This document shows, piece by piece, positions 30,976 through 39,708 of a stretch of 64,000 nucleotides of DNA. The first letter of the stretch is position 1, and every line of letters begins with the position of its first letter. This DNA is from Chlorobiota bacterium (GTDB lineage Bacteria > Bacteroidota > Bacteroidia > JAADEI01). Where the stretch lies: the NCBI GenBank assembly GCA_013153515.1, contig JAADEI010000102.1, positions 2,721 through 66,720 on the forward strand, in the 5' to 3' direction. The position numbers and the translations under genes are program-made. The notes under the pieces are model-generated. The model worked only from the letters and a program-made list of their open reading frames with translations. It ran no database searches and had not been told where the DNA came from.

Positions 30976-32243
30976 CCTTAGGACGTATCATATTGGCTGT
31001 TGGGATTAGCATTTTGTGGAACTTTACGCTTAATGCCCAGGTCCCTATACCCGACTGTGTTGAAGAAGGGCAATGTACAGTGCTGGTATGGATAGGCTAT
31101 GACCTGCCCACGCCCAAGATTGACTCAATCGCTGACACACTCATCATCCCTGCCTTGACACCCTTCCAGAGAAATGCCCTTGAGTTTATCAGAGGTTTTG
31201 AAGTTCTTGTCGATTCGCCATCCAGAGCAGTTAAAATATCTTGGGAAGTAATAGATGCCTCTGCCTCGGAGAAAGTGAAGAATCAGAAGTGGCAAAGTGC
31301 CGATATAATAGTTCCTTTCGGCAACAGACACTTCGTTCAGTCGGTATTCAAAAAAGATTCACTTCAAGAAAAGCATATCGTAGTGAACACGTGGAATGAA
31401 ACTTCATGTTGCCCACACCATAAAGGATGGGTCCAGTGGTATCCATCTGTTAGACAACATGTATATACCCTTGTTGAACAATGGAGGAATCAAAAAGTTG
31501 TAGTGATATATCCTTCAAATGCCACTTACGCAGAAAAACGCTACGTAGAGGTCCTCAAACAAATTGAAGGCATTTATAAAGACATTGACTTTACATTTTT
31601 AAAAAAAGACGTTGTGCATATTGAAGATTTACAGAAGGTTCTTGTGCCTTTCGATACCACAGTTGTGTTTATAGCATCATTACGGCTCCCCTTAGTGTTT
31701 AACGTTATGGAACAACTCTCAATAAGCACTGTTTCAGAAGAGGAATATGGGGTAAAGATATATGGCTTGCCCACTTGGGTTAAATTCCACCAACTAGAAT
31801 ACAGACTTCTTAAAAAATTCAAGCCAGTTGTAGTGTCCCCATTCCATATTAGAGATTCTCTTAAATACTGGGAATTATACAAACACTATCTGGATAGGTA
31901 TTATGAAAATCTATGGGGAAACAGTTTCTTTATTGCTTATGACCTCGGGTCATTTATAGTCAAATGGCTTGAATACGCTAAAACATATTGGTTGCAATCA
32001 GAACCTTTCTATTTTAAAGGAATTTTAACGGAAGTGGCTCTTGAACCCTTCTATCTGGATAGTATGTCCATTGCTAGATGGGAAAACATTTGTGTTTCAT
32101 TGCTTCGCTTTGAAGATAAAGATTATAAATGCTATAAGAACTGTGTGTGCAGAGTCCCTGAATCTATTTCATCTCAAGAGTTTCCCGACTCATTAGCTGT
32201 TCCGCAACGCAGGAACAAGTTGCTACACAAAGAAATGGATTGA
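30966..32243 (+). CDS. hypothetical secreted protein
   Basis: 425 aa with a signal peptide. Overlaps the guaA stop by 10 nt, so probably co-transcribed. No recognised domain. Confidence 0.5.
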   Translation: MGMTLGRIILAVGISILWNFTLNAQVPIPDCVEEGQCTVLVWIGYDLPTPKIDSIADTLIIPALTPFQRNALEFIRGFEVLVDSPSRAVKISWEVIDASASEKVKNQKWQSADIIVPFGNRHFVQSVFKKDSLQEKHIVVNTWNETSCCPHHKGWVQWYPSVRQHVYTLVEQWRNQKVVVIYPSNATYAEKRYVEVLKQIEGIYKDIDFTFLKKDVVHIEDLQKVLVPFDTTVVFIASLRLPLVFNVMEQLSISTVSEEEYGVKIYGLPTWVKFHQLEYRLLKKFKPVVVSPFHIRDSLKYWELYKHYLDRYYENLWGNSFFIAYDLGSFIVKWLEYAKTYWLQSEPFYFKGILTEVALEPFYLDSMSIARWENICVSLLRFEDKDYKCYKNCVCRVPESISSQEFPDSLAVPQRRNKLLHKEMD

Positions 32244-32267
32244 AACATTTTAATCCTTTTCGACAAG

Positions 32268-33387
32268 TTATTCTTCTGATGAATTTGACTTCTGGGTCTC
32301 TTTATGTGCATCGCTAAGCAAATATGCCCTCAGGAAATCATCTATGTCGCCGTCTAATACGCTATCCACATCGCTTGTTTCATAACCAGTCCTCAAATCC
32401 TTGATTAGTTTGTATGGATAGAGTACATAGGACCTAATCTGATTGCCCCACTCTATTTTTTTCTTCTGTTTTTCTAATTCTTTCTGTTTTTCTCGTCTTT
32501 TCTGGAGTTCAAGATCATAAAGTTTTGACTTTAAAATTTTAAGAGCCAATTCTCTGTTTCTATGTTGAGATCTTTCCTGCTGACATTCTACAACTATGCC
32601 TGTTGGGATGTGTTTAACGCGAACCGCACTTTCGTTTTTGTTGACATGTTGTCCGCCAGGTCCACTTGCCCTAAAGGTATCCCATTCTAAATCTGCAGGA
32701 TTGACTTCAATCTCAATGGTATCATCAACTAAGGGGGACACGAACACTCCGGCGAAGGACGTGTGCCTCCTCTTGTTGGCGTCAAAAGGGGAGACCCTAA
32801 CTAGCCTGTGAACACCCGATTCACCCTTCAATTTCCCAAAGGCATAATCCCCTTCAAAGATGAGCGTCGCAGATTTTATCCCTGCCACTTCGCCCTTCTG
32901 CAGGTCGGCAATCTTAACTTTATAATTGTTCCGCTCACCCCAACGGGTATACATTCTCATAAGCATCTCTGCCCAGTCCTGACTCTCTGTTCCGCCGGCA
33001 CCGGGCTTTATGGTTAACACTGCACCAAGGGAGTCCTCTTCACTGGATAAAACAGTGTTCAATTCAAGTTCCTCAAGGGATCTAAGGGCTTGCTTATAGG
33101 CTTCCTCAACCTCCTGCTCGGAAAATTCGCCTTCATTAAACAATTCAAAAGCGATGCGTGCTTCCTCTATCTTCCCTTTCGTCTTGTTGTATTGTTCAAA
33201 AAGATTTTTCAATTGTCTGATTCTGGAATATACCTTCTGGGCTTCTTTGCGGTCGTTCCAGAAATCCGGACTTTCAGTTCGTTTCTCTAATTCCTTTAAC
33301 TCTCGTTCCTTCTCTGGTAAGTTAAAGAAAGTGATTTAGACGGTCCAACCTCTCTTCAAGCTCAAGGATGTCTGATTCCATAATCAT
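32268..33387 (-). CDS. prfB: peptide chain release factor 2, translated via programmed +1 ribosomal frameshift
   Basis: The main ORF 32268..33321 has SPF and GGQ motifs. The 21-codon frame-0 leader MIMESDILELEERLDRLNHFL runs 33387..33325 and ends at the in-frame stop 33322-33324. The shift site CTT TAA C continues in +1 as NLPEKERELKEL... A possible alternative start is the ATG at 33426. Confidence 0.85.
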
Positions 33388-33427
33388 CGCTTCGCTGTTT
33401 TCAAAAAGAAACGCAGGATGAGGCATT

Positions 33428-34162
33428 TCAGTTTCCGGGAATGAGCGATGGAGCAAAGTTTTGAATCAAAACCGTTATAATTAAGGTTATTGCTATCACT
33501 GCAATAAGAATAACTAAGAACACTGCTGGGCTAGCCTCCTTCGGCCTGAGTATCATAGTTAGACCCGTTGCAATAAGTAAAGTAGGCCAATATTTAAGCA
33601 ATTCTTCCCATTGGATATGTAGCAAGTCCATAACGTGAAGTTGCCACAAGACACCACCTGCCATCAAACCGAAACTTATGAAGAATCGCCACATCCCATA
33701 ACGTTGAGAGACCACCGAAGCAAGCAGGACTCCAAAACCTAAGATGGCTACTATGCCCGGCAAAGGAGTGTATTGGTTGAAAAACGGGGAAAGGTTGTGA
33801 ATCAAAAGCCACACACCAACCAAAACAAGAATCAACCCGTCTATCCAATGGGGATGCCTTTCTTTATATGTCAAATCGGAAGGCACGTTTATCCTTACTG
33901 TCGCCTCTTTTTTTGTTCCTTCCGAATTAGCTTCCTTAGAGAGATTTACGTTCATGTTCACTGGGGCAGGAGTCTCCAACTCTTCCTCTGGCATTAATAA
34001 CCAAAGAACGATATAAAGTACAACCCCTATTCCCTTAGCCAATGCCAAAACAATGAACAGAATCCTGATTAAAGTAGGGTCAATGTTTAACCATCTGGCT
34101 ATTCCCGCCGCTACCCCAGCTATGACCCTTTCCCGCTTAGGCCTAGTAATAGACACGCTCAT
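33428..34162 (-). CDS. PspC-domain membrane protein
   Basis: 244 aa. N-terminal PspC domain (RPKRERVIAGVAAGIARWLNIDPTLIRILFIVL) followed by further TM segments. Confidence 0.7.
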   Translation of the reverse strand: MSVSITRPKRERVIAGVAAGIARWLNIDPTLIRILFIVLALAKGIGVVLYIVLWLLMPEEELETPAPVNMNVNLSKEANSEGTKKEATVRINVPSDLTYKERHPHWIDGLILVLVGVWLLIHNLSPFFNQYTPLPGIVAILGFGVLLASVVSQRYGMWRFFISFGLMAGGVLWQLHVMDLLHIQWEELLKYWPTLLIATGLTMILRPKEASPAVFLVILIAVIAITLIITVLIQNFAPSLIPGN

Positions 34163-34258
34163 ATCACTCCAATTTTAATATCTCTGCATAAAAATAGGGA
34201 ATACTGATCAAGCGAAATGAGAAATGGGGATTAACTTTGCATAGGAAAACATCCAATA

Positions 34259-35038
34259 ATGAGCTATGTGCTAACAGACCAAAAAGATTCTGTTCTAACT
34301 ATCACCCTCAACAGACCGGAGGCTTACAATGCTTTGAACGCTGAACTTTCCGAGCAATTCATAGATGCCCTTAAGCAAGCAAAGAGGAGCAAAGACATTA
34401 AGATTGTTGTATTGACTGGTTCAGGCAATGCTTTCTGTGCCGGACAGGACATTAAAGAAGTGGCTGACAATAATAAATTAACATTCACAGAAGTTCTTAT
34501 GAGACGATATAACATCATTGTCAATTCTATTAGGGAACTTGACGTTCCGGTTATTTGTCGGTTGAATGGAGTTGCTGCCGGGGCAGGGGCTTCCATTGCT
34601 CTCGCCTGTGATTATATTGTTGCCAGTGAGAATGCATCCCTTGTTATGGCGTTTATAAAAGTCGGATTGGTTCCTGACTCAGGGGCATCATTCTTTATTG
34701 TCAAGCAACTTGGCTATCAACGTGCTTTTGAACTGTTCACCACTGGCAGACCTCTAAGTGCAGGAGAAGCATTATCCTTGGGATTAATAAATATGGTTGT
34801 TCCGAAACATAAATTGGATATTGCCGTTGAGGAGGTTGTCAATTATTATAAAGATGCACCATCTGTCGCTATTAAATTAACCAAAAGGCTTCTCAACAGG
34901 GCATTGTTCGCATCTTCCCTTGACGAAGTCCTGCAATGGGAAACCTATTATCAAGAGATTGCTGGACGAACGGAAGACCACAAAGAAGGAGTGTCTGCTT
35001 TCCTTCAAAAAAGAAAGCCTAACTTTAAGGGTAAATAA
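34259..35038 (+). CDS. enoyl-CoA hydratase/isomerase (crotonase) family protein
   Basis: 259 aa with the crotonase fold and oxyanion-hole motifs (FCAGQDIKE, GVAAGAGASIALACD). Confidence 0.85.
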   Translation: MSYVLTDQKDSVLTITLNRPEAYNALNAELSEQFIDALKQAKRSKDIKIVVLTGSGNAFCAGQDIKEVADNNKLTFTEVLMRRYNIIVNSIRELDVPVICRLNGVAAGAGASIALACDYIVASENASLVMAFIKVGLVPDSGASFFIVKQLGYQRAFELFTTGRPLSAGEALSLGLINMVVPKHKLDIAVEEVVNYYKDAPSVAIKLTKRLLNRALFASSLDEVLQWETYYQEIAGRTEDHKEGVSAFLQKRKPNFKGK

Positions 35039-35046
35039 AGTGAGTT

Positions 35047-36084
35047 ATGTATGAAGGAAATGTAACTATTCCGGAAGCACCGATAAAAGGGGAATACTCT
35101 AAGGAACAGTATTGGGAATGGCTCGAGATAATGCTTAGGATAAGGAGGTTTGAGGAACGGGCTCAGATAATGTATATGCAACAAAAAATCAGGGGATTTT
35201 TGCATCTTTATATCGGTCAGGAGGCTGTTGCTGCCGGAACAGTCTCTGCGTCAAGACATTCAGATCCCGTAATAGCAGGATATAGGGAACATGGCATTGC
35301 CTTGGCACGGGGAATGAGTTCGCGAGTGGCGATGGCTGAACTGTTTGGGAAAATAACTGGATGTTCAAAAGGGAAAGGGGGGTCAATGCACTTCTTTGAC
35401 AAAGAGAATAATCTCTATGGCGGCTTTGCCATTGTCGGAGCTCAGATCGGGGTGGGAGCCGGATTAGCATTTGCCGAGAAATATAAAGGAACCGATAATG
35501 CGTGCTTAACTTTCTTCGGAGACGGAGCCATTAATCAGGGAATTCTTCTTGAAACCCTTAATATGAGCAAGTTATGGATGCTGCCAGTGCTGTTCATAGT
35601 CGAGAATAACCAATATGCGATGGGAACGGCTGTGTGGAGAGCAAGTGCCCTCTATCCACAAGGAGGACTCTATAAAATCGCTGAGCCATTTGGCATTCCA
35701 GCAAAGCAGGTCAATGGAATGATCGTTGAGGAGGTCCATGAAGCAATCTCAGAGGCACTTGAATTTATCCGGGGAGGAGGAGGACCCTATTTTCTTGAAA
35801 TCTTAACCTACCGCTATCGGGGACACTCTATGTCTGACCCGGGCAAATACAGAACCAGAGAGGAACTTGAGGAATATAAGAAACGGGATCCGATAGAAAG
35901 AGTTAAGAAAACCATGTTACTCAAGGGATTTGCCACGGAAGAGGACTTTAAAGCATTGGAACAGAAAATAAAAGAAGAGATAGACGACGCAGTCCAATTC
36001 GCCGAGGAATCACCATTCCCACCACCTGAGGAACTCTACACGGACGTGTATGTCCAGCAAGACTACCCATTCCTTGAAGACTAA
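35047..36084 (+). CDS. pdhA: TPP-dependent 2-oxoacid (pyruvate/acetoin) dehydrogenase E1 alpha subunit
   Basis: 345 aa. TPP-binding GDGAINQG...NN motif and the YRYRGHSMSDP phosphorylation-loop-like segment. Confidence 0.85.
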   Translation: MYEGNVTIPEAPIKGEYSKEQYWEWLEIMLRIRRFEERAQIMYMQQKIRGFLHLYIGQEAVAAGTVSASRHSDPVIAGYREHGIALARGMSSRVAMAELFGKITGCSKGKGGSMHFFDKENNLYGGFAIVGAQIGVGAGLAFAEKYKGTDNACLTFFGDGAINQGILLETLNMSKLWMLPVLFIVENNQYAMGTAVWRASALYPQGGLYKIAEPFGIPAKQVNGMIVEEVHEAISEALEFIRGGGGPYFLEILTYRYRGHSMSDPGKYRTREELEEYKKRDPIERVKKTMLLKGFATEEDFKALEQKIKEEIDDAVQFAEESPFPPPEELYTDVYVQQDYPFLED

Positions 36085-36093
36085 GAGCGATCA

Positions 36094-37347
36094 GTGAAAC
36101 GGTTAGAGCTTAGATGGGCTTTATACGACTGGGCAAACTCAGTGTATTCCCTCCTTATTACTTCTTCCCTCTTTCCTGTCTATTGGGATTTAGTAACGCC
36201 CGATTACGTATATGGAATTAGAAAATCTGCATTATACTCTCTGACGCTCACCGCAGCCTTCCTTGTCATAGCACTTATAGCACCGCCACTGGGGGCAATT
36301 GCCGACCTGCGTGGTTGGAGAAAACAATTCATGACTCTGTTTTTAATTATGGGCTCCATAGCCTGTTCCCTATTATATTTCTACACTGGTTCAGACCCTC
36401 TCTTCGGCACAACTATGTTTTTCTTCGCCACCGTAGGGTTCGCAGGTAGTTTAGTCTTCTATAATGCTTATCTGCCCGACATTACAACACCGCAAAGGTT
36501 TGAATCGGTCAGTGCCCTTGGGTATTCCTTGGGCTACATAGGCAGTGTGTTGCTTGCTATAGTCTCTTTGTTCATAATAATGAATCCAGAGAAATTGGGA
36601 TTAGCGGATTCACTGGAAGGCTTTAGGGTCTCTTTCTTGCTCACCGGCTTGTGGTGGATAGGTTTCGGACTCTTCTCTGTTAATGGGCTTCCCAAACAAA
36701 TGTTTTCACGTTCAAAAAAACTCAGGTGGCTCGTGATGGCTTCTTTCCAGAGGTTGAAGAATACTATGCTTAGAATATCAGGGATTTCGCAACTGAGATT
36801 GTTTATTATCGTTTTCTTTCTGTTTAGTGCTGGCGTGCAGACAGTTATGTATCTGGCTTCGCTATTCGGTGCTAACGAACTGAATATCGCAAGCGAAAAA
36901 CTCATTATAACCATTTTGGTATTGCAGTTAATTGCAATTATTGGGGCTCATGGAATGGCTTATCTGTCAAGGAAATTGGGCAATATGACCATTTTGCAAT
37001 ATGCAGGCATTGGTTGGCTGATGATTTGCCTGATGGCTTTTTTAATAACTACTGAATGGGAGTTTTATGTGGTTGCAGGACTGGTTGGAATCCTTATGGG
37101 AGGCACGCAGTCATTGCTTAGAGCCACTTACGCACAGTTCATTCATCAATACAAAGGCAGGTATACTGTGTATTTCGGATTCTATGAAACCACTGAGAAA
37201 GTGGCTATTGTCTTGGGAACTCTATTGTTTGCACTCCTTGACCAGATGATGGAATCAATGCGGTGGGGGGCGTTGATTACCGGATTCTGGTTTGTTTTGG
37301 CTGTCGTAATTGCATATAGTGGTCTCAAAAAACGTGTTTTTAGGTAA
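36094..37347 (+). CDS. MFS transporter, UMF1/Atg22-like family
   Basis: 417 aa with 12 predicted TM segments. Family-typical N-terminus WALYDWANSVYSLLI. GTG start. Confidence 0.65.
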   Translation: MKRLELRWALYDWANSVYSLLITSSLFPVYWDLVTPDYVYGIRKSALYSLTLTAAFLVIALIAPPLGAIADLRGWRKQFMTLFLIMGSIACSLLYFYTGSDPLFGTTMFFFATVGFAGSLVFYNAYLPDITTPQRFESVSALGYSLGYIGSVLLAIVSLFIIMNPEKLGLADSLEGFRVSFLLTGLWWIGFGLFSVNGLPKQMFSRSKKLRWLVMASFQRLKNTMLRISGISQLRLFIIVFFLFSAGVQTVMYLASLFGANELNIASEKLIITILVLQLIAIIGAHGMAYLSRKLGNMTILQYAGIGWLMICLMAFLITTEWEFYVVAGLVGILMGGTQSLLRATYAQFIHQYKGRYTVYFGFYETTEKVAIVLGTLLFALLDQMMESMRWGALITGFWFVLAVVIAYSGLKKRVFR

Positions 37348-37357
37348 ATTATTTAGT

Positions 37358-38527
37358 TCAATGCTCCTCTGCTAATTCCTCTCCTAATGCTATGCCAGTT
37401 AAATTAGGCACTCCTGAAATGGCAACTTGTGAGAATTTTGTTAATACAGAATCAGGTTTTAGAGCTGCAAGCGAGTCATTTTGGAATAGGATGGTCACGG
37501 GAATAGGGATGAATTCTAGATTATTGCTTCCTTTATTGGACAGAACGAAAACAATAGGTTTGCCTAACAGATAGGTAATAGCTGATTCAGGTACTGTGGG
37601 TAGAGAATCCTCTGCAACTATTATTTCCCCTTCTATTGATATGCCGGGCACTAACTCAGAACTCATCTCCTCAATATGGGCGTGGACGTGCAATGCAAGG
37701 GCTTCTTCCTCTACCGAGCGACTTGTAGCGTGGATGTAAGCAATGTATTGTTTTGAAGAACCGGGAATTTTGAAGACGACTTTTTGTCCCTTCCTAACTT
37801 TTGAGATGTCTTTTTCAAACACGAGGAAGTCGGCGTGTAGGCGAGGGGCACGCATTATAGTCATAGTTGGTTGGGAGGCATTCACCCACATTCCAGTGTT
37901 TACATGGATTTTTTGAATATATCCATCAATTGGGCTAACAACGGATATTTCCTTCTTGAAATTGCCGTTAGCAACATTTTCAGGATTTAGATTCATGAGT
38001 TCTACCGTTTGTTTGAGGGAATTATATCTTGCCAGTGCTGAGTGATACATGGTTTCCGTGGTTTGGTATTGCCTTTCCGATACTGCACCTGTCTTGAACA
38101 GTTCCTTGACGCGGTCGTATTCCGCCCGTGCATTTTGAAGTTCCGAATATGCTTGTGCGAATTGTTTCTGGATATTAAGGATTTCTGGTCCGGAGAGCCA
38201 CAGTAGAGGTTTTCCTGCTGAGACAAACATTCCTGGCAATACGCTTATCCTACTGATGCGTCCGCTAACAATGGGGCTAACAAGGGCTTCATCCTGAGGG
38301 AAGAGTTCTAAGCGTCCCATCACGGATATTGTAATCGGAACTTTTTGCCATTTGATTGGTTCAATTTTCAGACCTATGTTCCGGGCTTGGTGCTGCAACA
38401 CAACAACCCGATTATCTTGATTATCGCTGGCTGGCTTGTCATGTCCATTCTTTGTTTCTGAGCATGATAGTAGCAGGAAAGATAGGAACGTTGCGAAGGA
38501 ACCTAAGAGTAATTTGCCTCTCATCAT
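37358..38527 (-). CDS. efflux RND periplasmic adaptor (membrane fusion protein), CzcB/CusB-like
   Basis: 389 aa. Lipoyl/beta-barrel MFP architecture. Last gene of the czcA-tolC-MFP operon. Confidence 0.85.
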   Translation of the reverse strand: MMRGKLLLGSFATFLSFLLLSCSETKNGHDKPASDNQDNRVVVLQHQARNIGLKIEPIKWQKVPITISVMGRLELFPQDEALVSPIVSGRISRISVLPGMFVSAGKPLLWLSGPEILNIQKQFAQAYSELQNARAEYDRVKELFKTGAVSERQYQTTETMYHSALARYNSLKQTVELMNLNPENVANGNFKKEISVVSPIDGYIQKIHVNTGMWVNASQPTMTIMRAPRLHADFLVFEKDISKVRKGQKVVFKIPGSSKQYIAYIHATSRSVEEEALALHVHAHIEEMSSELVPGISIEGEIIVAEDSLPTVPESAITYLLGKPIVFVLSNKGSNNLEFIPIPVTILFQNDSLAALKPDSVLTKFSQVAISGVPNLTGIALGEELAEEH

Positions 38528-39708
38528 TTTTCAATTAATTTAGTTAATTTTCCGGTTAAGAACAAAAGTTGTATTCTGAGTGTTGCTTCTTGCTCACGAA
38601 GGGTAAAGAATTCATCGTTTAGATTGACTATGTTCCGATATGAAATGATGAATTCCATTGGGCTGATGGCTCCTGCCCTTAGTTGCGATTGATATGTTTC
38701 CATTAGCTTTTGAGTTGCTTGGTTAATGTGTGTAGTGTATAGTGCTATTGCATGGGATGTGGCTTGCCATTGAGCATATAGTTGTTGGATTTGAGTGTTG
38801 AGACTTATGGAAAATGCCTCTGTGGCTGTTTGAGATGCTTCCAGTTGCTTTTTATAAGCCTTCTGTTGTTTCAGGGCACCTGGGGCATTAAGCGGGATGG
38901 ATATGCCTATTTCAATTGCTTTAAATCCGGCAGTTCCCTCAATTGTTTGGAGGCTGTATCCTGCGAAGAGGGATGGCATGAAAGATGCTGTCCGACGCTT
39001 CAATTCCAATGCCTGCAGATAGGCTTTAATCCGTTGTTGTTGCAATAGCGGGTTGGACTGTGAAAGTGTTGAATCAGGTTCCGGCAGTTGACTGTTTGAG
39101 AAGACGGGAAGGGAATCTGTTTTAAGGATAGTTTTTAGAGATTGTTTTAGTCCTTCGGCTTGTTGCTCAATGTTGATTATCCTGCTTTTAGTTTGCTGGA
39201 TCTGGATTTCCAATTCTTTTAGTTGAATTATGTCTATTTGCCCAATTTGGTATGATCTGGATGCAATCAAATAGAGGGAATCAAGGTAGTGTTTCAGTTC
39301 AGACCATTTGGCTAATCGTTCCTTAGAGATGCTCCATCGTGCATAAAGGGTCAGAATATCTCTTAACAGAGACGCTTTGGTTATTTGCAGGTTCAGACCG
39401 GCTGTTTGAGACTGTGTTTTAAGAAAATCTTTTTCTGCTTTCCATTCCCACGGATTGATGTCTCCTGTTCGGATGCCGTAAGAGACTATTCCCTGGGCAC
39501 CATTGCCCCATTCCTCATGGGAATAGAAGGGAGATATTGACAGTGGCGTAACTGCCTTAGAGGACAGTTGGATAGCCTCGCTGGACAGATAACTGCTCAG
39601 GATTGCAGGATGGGTTGCCAGTAGCGAGTCAACGTATTTGATTAAATCGTTTTGTTGGGCGAATGCAGACTGTATTAGTAGCCAAATGATAAGTAGATAA
39701 TACCTCAT
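38524..39708 (-). CDS. TolC-family outer membrane efflux protein (CzcC-like)
   Basis: 394 aa. Signal peptide and tandem repeats of alpha-helical/beta-barrel segments. Overlaps the neighbouring genes by 4 nt on each side. Confidence 0.8.
   Translation of the reverse strand: MRYYLLIIWLLIQSAFAQQNDLIKYVDSLLATHPAILSSYLSSEAIQLSSKAVTPLSISPFYSHEEWGNGAQGIVSYGIRTGDINPWEWKAEKDFLKTQSQTAGLNLQITKASLLRDILTLYARWSISKERLAKWSELKHYLDSLYLIASRSYQIGQIDIIQLKELEIQIQQTKSRIINIEQQAEGLKQSLKTILKTDSLPVFSNSQLPEPDSTLSQSNPLLQQQRIKAYLQALELKRRTASFMPSLFAGYSLQTIEGTAGFKAIEIGISIPLNAPGALKQQKAYKKQLEASQTATEAFSISLNTQIQQLYAQWQATSHAIALYTTHINQATQKLMETYQSQLRAGAISPMEFIISYRNIVNLNDEFFTLREQEATLRIQLLFLTGKLTKLIEK

Noticed and set aside
33154-33339. 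Plus-strand 61-aa and 66-aa ORFs overlapping the prfB 5' region
   Set aside because: They lie antisense to the RF2 leader and frameshift site. The region is fully explained by prfB recoding.
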